From Candidatus Rokuibacteriota bacterium (lineage in GTDB: Bacteria > Methylomirabilota > Methylomirabilia > Rokubacteriales > DASRDR01), in NCBI GenBank assembly GCA_044866005.1, contig JBIOTN010000128.1:1-24147 (forward strand): a stretch of DNA of 24,147 nucleotides, in the 5' to 3' direction. This document shows positions 17,473-24,147 of this stretch, piece by piece. The translations under genes were made by a program, and so were the position numbers. Position 1 is the first letter of the stretch, and each line of letters begins with the position of its first letter. Below the pieces are notes generated by a model that was given only the letters and a program-made list of their open reading frames with translations, searched no databases and was not told the DNA's origin.

Positions 17473-17914
17473 GTACCCGTCGGCCCCGATGCTCGGCGTC
17501 GGGGCCGTCATCGTGGATGGCTCGCGCGTCCTGCTCGTCCAGCGCGGGCGGCCCCCGGCGCTGGGCAAGTGGAGCATCCCGGGCGGCCTGGTGGACGTCG
17601 GGGAGACCGTGGAGGCGGCGGTCCGGCGCGAGGTGGCGGAAGAGTGCGGCCTCACGGTACGCCTCCACGGCCTCGTGGGGTTCGTGGACCGGATCGTGCG
17701 CGACTCCGCCGGGCGGGTGCAGTACCACTACGTCCTGCTCGATTTCCTCGCGACACCGGAGGCCGGCGCCGCGTGCGCGGGCTCGGATGCCCACGCCATC
17801 CGGTGGAGCACGGTGGAGGAGCTTCGCGAGCTCGACGTGACGGAGGGGCTCGAGCCGATGATCCGCCGGGCGCTCGCCATGCACGCGCCGGGGTCGCGGG
17901 AGGAGGGGGCGTGA
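17465..17914 (+). CDS. Nudix hydrolase (ADP-ribose pyrophosphatase-like)
   Basis: Nudix box GGLVDVGETVEAAVRREVAEECGL, N-terminus REYPSAPMLGVGAVI, YHYVLLDF. The TTG start at 17465 overlaps the previous gene. Confidence 0.88.
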   Translation: MREYPSAPMLGVGAVIVDGSRVLLVQRGRPPALGKWSIPGGLVDVGETVEAAVRREVAEECGLTVRLHGLVGFVDRIVRDSAGRVQYHYVLLDFLATPEAGAACAGSDAHAIRWSTVEELRELDVTEGLEPMIRRALAMHAPGSREEGA

Positions 17915-19428
17915 TGAAGGTGACCGTGAGCACGCGGTCGCTGACCGACACCGGCGGCGACGTGCTCGTCGTCGAGCGGTACCTGGGAGCGCCCGGGCTC
18001 ACCGCCGAGGGACGCCGCGTGGACCGCGCGCTGGGCGGTCTCCTCCACCGCGCGCTGGACGAGGAGCGGTTCGAGAGCCGCCCCGGGGACACGGCGCACC
18101 TCCACACGGCCGGCCGCCTTCCGGCGAAACGGATCGTCGTCGTCGGCATGGGCCCGCGCGAGGAGACCACGGCCGAGACGATCCGGCGCGCGGCGTCGGC
18201 CGCCCTCCGGCGCGCGCGGGACCTCGGCGCCCGCACGGTCGTCGTGCCGCTGATCGGGCGGGGGCTGCCGGCGCGGGTGCGGGCCCAGGCCCTGGGAGAA
18301 GGCGCGCGGCTCGGCCTCTACACCTTCGACCGCTACAAGGCGACGAGGGGCGAGGCCCGGGCGATCGAGGCCCTCACCGTGGTGGTTCCGGCGACGGGTG
18401 ACCTGGCCGCGGCGCGCGAGGGCCTGCGGGTCGCCGAGCTGGCCGCCGAGGCGACGGCCTTCGCGCGCGACCTCATCAACGAGCCCGCGAACAGCGTGAC
18501 GGCGACCGCGCTCGCGCGCGAGGCCGAGGCGATCGCCAAGGCCGGGGGCCTGCGCCTCCGGGTCTACGACCGCGCGGCGTGCGAACGGCTGGGCATGGGG
18601 GCGTTCCTCGGCGTCAACCGCGGGAGCCAGGAGCCGCCGCGCTTCGTCCATTTGACCTATGCCCCGAAGGGGCGCGCGCGGCGGCGCGTGGCGCTGATCG
18701 GCAAGGGGATCACCTTCGATTCGGGCGGGCTCGACCTCAAGCCGGCCGAGGCCATGGAGCGGATGAAGGGTGACATGTCGGGGGCGGCGGCGGTCCTCGG
18801 GGTGATGAAGGTCCTCCCGCGGCTCGCGCCGCCGGTGGAGGTCCATGGCCTCGTCGCGGCGACCGACAACATGCCGTCGGGCTCGGCCGTCAAGCCCGGG
18901 GACGTCCTGCGGGCGATGAGCGGCAAGACGATCGAGGTCAACAACACCGATGCCGAGGGGCGCCTCACGCTCGCCGACGCCCTGGCCTATGCGCTCAGGC
19001 AGGTGAAGCCGGACGAGGTCGTGGACATCGCCACGCTGACCGGCGCCTGCTCCATCGCGCTCGGCCCCCTCTGCGCGGGGGCGATGAGCACCGACCGCGC
19101 GCTCCAGGCCCGGGTCCTCGCGGCGGCGCAGGAAGCCGGCGAGCGGGTCTGGCCGCTGCCGCTCATCGAGGAGTACCGGGAAGGTCTCCGGAGCGACGTC
19201 GCGGACATCCGGAACACCGGCCCCCGCCCCGGGGGCGCCATCACGGCGGCGCTCTTCCTCAAGGAGTTCGCCGGAGACACGCCGTGGGTCCACCTCGACA
19301 TCGCGGGGGCGGCCTTCACGGACAAGGAGCTGCCCTACGCCCCGAAGGGCGGGGTCGGATTCGGGACGCGGACCCTCCTCGCCTACCTCCTGGCGACCGG
19401 TCGTGGCTCGAAGCGGCGCGGCCGCTGA
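17914..19428 (+). CDS. pepA: Leucyl aminopeptidase (peptidase M17)
   Basis: ARDLINEPAN, GKGITFDSGG, MKGDMSGAA, NTDAEGRLTLAD, DIATLTGA, WVHLDIAG. GGAGG RBS. Confidence 0.95.
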   Translation: MKVTVSTRSLTDTGGDVLVVERYLGAPGLTAEGRRVDRALGGLLHRALDEERFESRPGDTAHLHTAGRLPAKRIVVVGMGPREETTAETIRRAASAALRRARDLGARTVVVPLIGRGLPARVRAQALGEGARLGLYTFDRYKATRGEARAIEALTVVVPATGDLAAAREGLRVAELAAEATAFARDLINEPANSVTATALAREAEAIAKAGGLRLRVYDRAACERLGMGAFLGVNRGSQEPPRFVHLTYAPKGRARRRVALIGKGITFDSGGLDLKPAEAMERMKGDMSGAAAVLGVMKVLPRLAPPVEVHGLVAATDNMPSGSAVKPGDVLRAMSGKTIEVNNTDAEGRLTLADALAYALRQVKPDEVVDIATLTGACSIALGPLCAGAMSTDRALQARVLAAAQEAGERVWPLPLIEEYREGLRSDVADIRNTGPRPGGAITAALFLKEFAGDTPWVHLDIAGAAFTDKELPYAPKGGVGFGTRTLLAYLLATGRGSKRRGR

Positions 19429-19453
19429 GGCGAGCGCGACGGCAGGGAGCGGC

Positions 19454-20281
19454 ATGAGCGGCGTCGACCTCCACGCGCACACGACCGCCTCCGACGGCAC
19501 CTACACGCCGGCCGAGCTGGTCCAGGAGGCCGTGCGGCGGGGCGTCCGCATCCTGGCCGTCACCGATCACGACTCGACCGAGGGCGTCGAGCCGGCGCGA
19601 GCCGTCGCGCGCGAGCACCCGCCGATCGAGATCGTCCCGGGCATCGAGATCAACACCGAGGCGGACGGCGCCGAGGTCCACATCCTCGGCTACTTCCTCG
19701 ACCACGCCGCCCCGTGGCTCCGCGCGCTCCTCCTCGAGTTCCGCGAGGAGCGCGCCCAGCGGATCCACCGGATCGCCGAGCGTCTGGCCGGCCTCGGCGT
19801 GCCGATCGACCCGATGGAGGTCTTCGCCCTCGTGCGCGAAGGATCGGCCGGACGCCCCCACGTCGCCCGCGTCATGGTCGAGCGGGGGTACGTCCCGACG
19901 GTGAAGGAGGCCTTCGACCGCTACCTCAAGGCGGGCGGTCCGGCCTACGTCGGCCACCGCAAGGTCACCCCGCAGGAGGCTTGCGCGCTCGTCCGCCGGG
20001 CGGGCGGGACGCCCGTCTTCGCCCACCCGGGGTTCCAGGACGGCGCGGCGGCGATGATCCGCACGCTGGCCGCTTCGGGCCATCTCGAGGGCGTGGAGTG
20101 CTACTACGCCGAGCACACGCCCGCCCAGACCGCCCGCTTCCTGGCGCTCTGCCGGGAGCTCGACCTGGTCCCGACGGGGGGCTCGGACTTCCACGGTCCG
20201 GCCGTCCGCGCGGCAACGCTCGGGGTGCCCTCGGCGCCGTGGGCGAGCTATGAGGAGTTGCGCCGCCGCGCCGGCCGCTGA
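19454..20281 (+). CDS. PHP-domain metallophosphoesterase (TrpH/YciV family)
   Basis: DLHAHTTASDG, AVTDHD, GIEI, HILGY, GRPHVAR, AHP, GGSDFHG. Confidence 0.92.
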   Translation: MSGVDLHAHTTASDGTYTPAELVQEAVRRGVRILAVTDHDSTEGVEPARAVAREHPPIEIVPGIEINTEADGAEVHILGYFLDHAAPWLRALLLEFREERAQRIHRIAERLAGLGVPIDPMEVFALVREGSAGRPHVARVMVERGYVPTVKEAFDRYLKAGGPAYVGHRKVTPQEACALVRRAGGTPVFAHPGFQDGAAAMIRTLAASGHLEGVECYYAEHTPAQTARFLALCRELDLVPTGGSDFHGPAVRAATLGVPSAPWASYEELRRRAGR

Positions 20282-20489
20282 GCCGGCCGGGCCGATCACC
20301 GTCGCATCCCGGCGTCCTCGGTCGTCGGCGGCCCTCAACGTACAACCGCGTACGCCTCGGGCCGCCTCCTCCCTGCGTCCTGGGGCTGCTCGGTTCTCGG
20401 CCCGGCCCCGTAGCGGCTCAGATTGCTTACCCGAATGCCCGCCGCGCCGGCCGCTGAGCCGGCCGGGCCGATCACCGTCGCATCCCGGC
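20263..20489. repeat. Exact 51-bp direct repeat (20263-20313 and 20439-20489)
   Basis: CCGCCGCGCCGGCCGCTGAGCCGGCCGGGCCGATCACCGTCGCATCCCGGC occurs twice, 176 nt apart. It includes the last codons and stop of the PHP gene. Confidence 0.9.
20285..20407. mobile_element. 123-bp foldback element with 11-bp terminal inverted repeats (MITE/REP-like)
   Basis: Ends GGCCGGGCCGA ... TCGGCCCGGCC. Inner stems ACCG/CGGT, GGCGGCCC/GGGCCGCC and CGTAC/GTACG. Confidence 0.7.
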
Positions 20490-20565
20490 CTCCGGCCTGA
20501 CAGGCCGGGCGGCGCTGGGTCTCACGGCCTCGCGGCCGTCCCGGCCTCCCGGGGCCCGCCGCGCG

Positions 20566-22713
20566 TCAGTCGTCGTCGTCCACGATCGTCAGCACCGCCG
20601 TGCTGGGCGTCCCGAGCGTGGCGCCGCCGGTGGGGGTGCTGAGGGTCAGGACGACCGTCTCGCTGGGCTCGGCGACCCCGTCGTTGATCCCGAAGACCTG
20701 GAACGACTTGCTGGTTTCCCCGGGCGCGAACGTCAGGGTGCCGGCGGCGAGCGTGTAGTCGCTCCCGGCGGTGGCGGTGCTGGCGGGACTCGCGGCGTAG
20801 TCCACGGTGACGAGGCCGCTTGCCCCCCCCACACGCTTGACCGTGATGGTGATGGCGGGCATGAACTCCTTCACGCTGTAGGCGGACGCGCTGAAGCGGA
20901 ACGCGCCCGCCGGGTCGTTGTCCGTGATGGTCAGGGTGGCGGTGGTCGGCGCTCCCAGGACCGCGCCTCCGGTGGGACCGCTGAGGGTCAGGGAGACGGT
21001 CTCGTCGGGTTCCGGGAGCGCGTCGTTGAGGATCGGGACCCGGATCTGCCGGAGCGTGACCCCGGGGCCGAACGTGAGCGTGCCCAAGGTCTCGACGTAG
21101 TCCACACCGGGCGTCGCCGTCCCCGGGCTGGTCGCGTACTGGACGGTCACGGCCGGCGCCGCGGGGCCGGTGCGGACGACGGTGATCAGGGCCTTCCCCG
21201 CTCCCTCGCTCACGCTGTAGGTCGGGGCGCCGAACGAAAGAGCGGTCACCAGGTCGAACGTCGCGGTGGTGGACCGGTCGCCGTCCATCGTCAACGTGCA
21301 GGGGTCGATGCCCGCACAGACGCCGCTCCAGCCCGCGAACACGGAGCCGGGAAGCGCCGTCGCCGTGAGCGTGATGCTCTCGGCCGTGCCGAGGTCGTAG
21401 TCGTGGCGGCAGGTCGTCCCGCAGTCGATGTCCCCCGTGTCGCTCGTCACGACGCCGCTGCCGGTCCCGGCGCGCGTCACGAGGAGCACGTTGTGGTCGG
21501 TGGTGACGCGGTGGATCGCGTGCGCCCCGTAGTCGGCGACGTAGAGCTCGCCCGCCTCGTCCTCGCCGAACGAGCTGACCTGGAAGCCTGCGTCCAGGAG
21601 CTCGCTCGCGGTCCAGCTGCCGCCCGCCTCCGTGGCGCCCCAGATGCGCCCGGAGCAGAAGTCGGCGTAGAGATACGTGCCGGCGAGCCCGGGGATCCCC
21701 GTCCCTCGGTAGCGATAGCCGCCGGTGATCGAGCAGTTTCCGTTCGTGTGGCCGTACTCGACGATGGGCAGGGTCAGCGTCCCATCGTTGCAGTTCGAGC
21801 TGGGGTTGAAGCAGTGGGACCCCTCCATCCGCCGCCAGCCGTAATTCTGGCCGCCGGCGCTCCCCGCGGGCTGGACGTTCACCTCTTCCCAGCTGTTCTG
21901 CCCGACGTCGCCGATGTAGAGGTCGCCGGTCGCGCGGTCGAAGCTGAACCGCCAGGGGTTGCGGAGCCCGAGCGCCCAGATCCGGTCCCCGAAGGGATTT
22001 CCGGGCGCCGCGGCGCACGGCAGTCCGGAGGCGGGGTCGAGCCGCAGGAGCTTGCCCAGGAGCGTGTCGGGGTTCTGGGCGTTGTTCGGCAGGTCGCCGC
22101 CGCCGCCGCCGTCCCCGACCCCCGCGTACAGGCAGCCGTCCGGGGCGAACTGGAGCTGGCCGCCGTTGTGATTCGCGGCATCCGGGTGGGGAATCGTGAG
22201 CCGGACGACCTCGGAAGTCGGATCGGCGACATCGGGGCTCGCCGACACCGAGTATTGCGCGATGACGATGCTGCCTTCGAGGTTCGTGTAGTAGACGTAG
22301 AAGAGCCCGTTCGCGCCGTAGTCCGGGTGGAACGCGACGCTGAGCAGGCCGCGCTCGCCGCCGTTCGAGATGCGCCTCCGGATGTCCAGGAACGGGGTGG
22401 GGAGGAGCTGGCCTCCGTCGAACACGCGGACCTGTCCCGACTGCAAGGTCAGGAAGAGTCGCCCCGAGCCGTCGCCGGCATGGGTGATGGCCACCGGCGG
22501 CCCCGGCAGGCCGGCGACGAGGGGCTCCAGGACGATCTGCGCGAAGCTCGGCGTCGAGAGGCTCAGCCAGGCGACGAGGGCGCCAACCCAGGCGAGCGCG
22601 GCCGCACCCGGCGAATGCCCCCGGCCTCGAGCGGCGCCTCCGGGGGCCCGGGTCAAACCCACGGGTACCGTGGCGTGCTCCGGTCGATGCGCGCGCAGCG
22701 GGGCGGTCTCCAT
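20566..22713 (-). CDS. Secreted PQQ-dependent sugar dehydrogenase (GSDH)-type beta-propeller with an InlB-B-like repeat and two Calx-beta domains
   Basis: Signal-like AAALAWVGALVAWLSLSTPSFA/Q. GSDH motifs ERGLLSVAFHP, NHNGGQLQF, GDGG, GLRNPWRFSFD, SITGGYRYRG, SSFGEDEAGELY. Then TGSGVVTS..C..TC..FAGWSGVC and two copies of the DY....GTLTF.PG..EP.ETV.LTLS Calx-beta pattern. The true start may be downstream of 22713. Confidence 0.88.
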   Translation of the reverse strand: METAPLRAHRPEHATVPVGLTRAPGGAARGRGHSPGAAALAWVGALVAWLSLSTPSFAQIVLEPLVAGLPGPPVAITHAGDGSGRLFLTLQSGQVRVFDGGQLLPTPFLDIRRRISNGGERGLLSVAFHPDYGANGLFYVYYTNLEGSIVIAQYSVSASPDVADPTSEVVRLTIPHPDAANHNGGQLQFAPDGCLYAGVGDGGGGGDLPNNAQNPDTLLGKLLRLDPASGLPCAAAPGNPFGDRIWALGLRNPWRFSFDRATGDLYIGDVGQNSWEEVNVQPAGSAGGQNYGWRRMEGSHCFNPSSNCNDGTLTLPIVEYGHTNGNCSITGGYRYRGTGIPGLAGTYLYADFCSGRIWGATEAGGSWTASELLDAGFQVSSFGEDEAGELYVADYGAHAIHRVTTDHNVLLVTRAGTGSGVVTSDTGDIDCGTTCRHDYDLGTAESITLTATALPGSVFAGWSGVCAGIDPCTLTMDGDRSTTATFDLVTALSFGAPTYSVSEGAGKALITVVRTGPAAPAVTVQYATSPGTATPGVDYVETLGTLTFGPGVTLRQIRVPILNDALPEPDETVSLTLSGPTGGAVLGAPTTATLTITDNDPAGAFRFSASAYSVKEFMPAITITVKRVGGASGLVTVDYAASPASTATAGSDYTLAAGTLTFAPGETSKSFQVFGINDGVAEPSETVVLTLSTPTGGATLGTPSTAVLTIVDDDD

Positions 22714-22792
22714 GCCGGGCGGCGGGGGACGGCCCCCAAACCTCGCCAGGGTATCAGAGGAGGTCCGACCTCCGGGGAAGAAATCTTTCCGC

Positions 22793-22822
22793 TTGACAGG
22801 GCCGACGGCGGCCGCCTATCCT
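22793..22822 (+). promoter_or_regulatory. Sigma70-type promoter for the leader peptide and DAHP synthase
   Basis: TTGACA (22793-98), 18-nt spacer, TATCCT (22817-22). Confidence 0.7.
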
Positions 22823-22832
22823 GTGCGGCACC

Positions 22833-22916
22833 ATGACGGCACGTCTGGCGGGCCCGACGGTTTGCTTCGCGTTTTACTACTTTACCGACCGTCTGCCCGC
22901 CGGCCCTGTGCCGTAG
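22833..22916 (+). CDS. Phe/Tyr-rich attenuation leader peptide (27 aa, MTARLAGPTVCFAFYYFTDRLPAGPVP)
   Basis: Hand-translated from ATG 22833 to TAG 22914-16. Codons TTC GCG TTT TAC TAC TTT at 22866-22883. It sits between the promoter and a terminator upstream of DAHP synthase. Confidence 0.85.
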   Translation: MTARLAGPTVCFAFYYFTDRLPAGPVP

Positions 22917-22931
22917 CGAACGCCGGATCAC

Positions 22932-22979
22932 AGGGGCCACGGGTAGACGGGACGGTCGCCCGTGGCCCTTTTCGTTTTT
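22932..22979 (+). terminator. Attenuator intrinsic terminator (3:4 hairpin)
   Basis: GGGCCACGGG (22934-43) pairs with CCCGTGGCCC (22959-68), followed by TTTTCGTTTTT, about 95 nt before the DAHP synthase start. Confidence 0.85.
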
Positions 22980-23074
22980 GTAGCCCCGGCGTCCGTTCCG
23001 CCACCCCCCGGCCCGGAGCCCGGAATGGCGGACGATCGCGGGCCGCTCGTCGAGCTCGCCAAGGAGGGAGCCGG

Positions 23075-24091
23075 ATGATCATCGTGCTGAAGCCGGGAAC
23101 GCAGGACGGAGACATCGAGGACGTCTGTCGCCGGATCGAGGCGCTGGGCCTCCGGGCTCACGTGAGCCGGGGCGAGCAGCGCACCGTCGTGGGCGCCATC
23201 GGCGACGATCGGTTCAAGACGCGGCTTCAGGCGCTCGAGGCGCTCGAGTGCGTCGAGAGCATGGTGCCGATCCTCCAGCCGTTCAAGCTGGCGAGCCGCG
23301 AGGTGCACACGCGCGACACCATCGTGGAGGTGGACGGCGTCAAGATCGGCGGCCCCCGCCTCGCGGTCATGGCGGGGCCGTGCTCGGTCGAGTCCGAGGC
23401 GCAGCTCCGCGCGGTCGCCGAGGGGGTCAAGGCGGGCGGTGCCCACATCCTGCGCGGTGGCGCCTTCAAGCCGCGGACCTCCCCGTACGCCTTCCAGGGG
23501 CTCGAGGAAGAGGGGCTCAAGCTCCTGGCCGCGGCGCGCAAGCAGACGGGCCTGCCGATCGTCACCGAGGTTCTCGAACCCGACAAGGTCGACCTCGTCG
23601 CCGAGTACGCCGACATCCTCCAGATCGGCGCCCGGAACATCCAGAACTTCTCCCTGCTCAAGGAGGTCGGCCAGTGCGGGAAGCCCGTGCTGCTCAAGCG
23701 CGGCATGGCGACGACGATCAAGGAGTTCCTGCTCTCGGCGGAGTACGTCCTGGCCGGCGGGAATCCCGACGTGATCCTCTGCGAGCGCGGCATCCGGACC
23801 TTCGAGACGACCACCCGGTTCACGCTGGACCTCACTGCCGTGCCCGTCATCAAGAAGCTGTCGCACCTCCCCATCATCGTGGATCCGAGCCACGGGACCG
23901 GCCACTGGGAGTACGTGGCCCCGATGGCGAAGGCCGGGATCGCCTGCGGCGCCGACGGCCTCATCGTCGAGGTCCACGGAAACCCGGCCGAGGCCCTGTC
24001 GGATGGGCCGCAGTCGTTGAAGCCCGACAAGTTCGCCCGGCTGATGGGCGAGCTGCGCGTGCTCGCGCAGGCGGTGGGCCGGACCCTCTAG
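23075..24091 (+). CDS. aroF: 3-deoxy-7-phosphoheptulonate (DAHP) synthase, type I-beta with N-terminal ACT/ferredoxin-like regulatory domain
   Basis: [35 protein letters not shown]-domain, [58 protein letters not shown]. Confidence 0.96.
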   Translation: MIIVLKPGTQDGDIEDVCRRIEALGLRAHVSRGEQRTVVGAIGDDRFKTRLQALEALECVESMVPILQPFKLASREVHTRDTIVEVDGVKIGGPRLAVMAGPCSVESEAQLRAVAEGVKAGGAHILRGGAFKPRTSPYAFQGLEEEGLKLLAAARKQTGLPIVTEVLEPDKVDLVAEYADILQIGARNIQNFSLLKEVGQCGKPVLLKRGMATTIKEFLLSAEYVLAGGNPDVILCERGIRTFETTTRFTLDLTAVPVIKKLSHLPIIVDPSHGTGHWEYVAPMAKAGIACGADGLIVEVHGNPAEALSDGPQSLKPDKFARLMGELRVLAQAVGRTL

Positions 24092-24147
24092 TTGCTTCAG
24101 GGGTCTCGGAAGACCCCCCGAAGGCCCCCGCCGTGGCGGCGGCGGTA
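24092..24147. repeat. Partial palindromic repeat, same family as 1-52
   Basis: GGGGTCT-CGGA-AGACCCC hairpin (24100-24117), then CCGAAGGCCCCC..GGCGGCGGCGG matching the window start. Confidence 0.7.

Noticed and set aside
20263..20489. 51-bp direct repeat as prophage/ICE attL-attR
   Set aside because: Only 125 nt lie between the copies and there is no integrase or tRNA target.
22830..22980. T-box riboswitch as the explanation for the aroF leader
   Set aside because: No UGGNACC T-box bulge motif precedes the terminator, and the leader peptide model explains all the helices.
22370..23074. 235-aa N-terminal extension of DAHP synthase in the ORF track
   Set aside because: It overlaps the minus-strand gene, promoter and attenuator. 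A strong RBS and a family-typical start lie at 23075.

Overview
This is a GC-rich bacterial window, almost entirely + strand. The repeat style and gene content recall Candidatus Rokubacteria/Methylomirabilota, which is inference only. (1) A liv-type ABC transporter (binding protein, LivH, LivM-LivG fusion, LivF) is followed by a MaoC-like hotdog protein, an ornithine cyclodeaminase/mu-crystallin protein, a DAO-family FAD oxidoreductase, a GT-C-like membrane protein, an aldehyde dehydrogenase and a small orphan. (2) A gcvH-gcvPA-(alpha/beta hydrolase)-gcvPB-lipoyl/octanoyl ligase-Nudix-pepA-PHP operon lacks gcvT. (3) A minus-strand secreted PQQ/GSDH-type beta-propeller with Calx-beta domains is divergent from a type I-beta DAHP synthase. 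The strongest find lies upstream of the DAHP synthase: an unannotated 27-codon leader peptide with an F-A-F-Y-Y-F core and complete, mutually exclusive 1:2, 2:3 and 3:4 hairpins, i.e. a probable dual Phe/Tyr ribosome-mediated attenuator. The second find is a family of modular, nested palindromic intergenic repeats (MITE/REP-like) with compensatory base changes and flanking duplications. One copy forms an ORF that would preserve ATGA translational coupling inside the liv operon.
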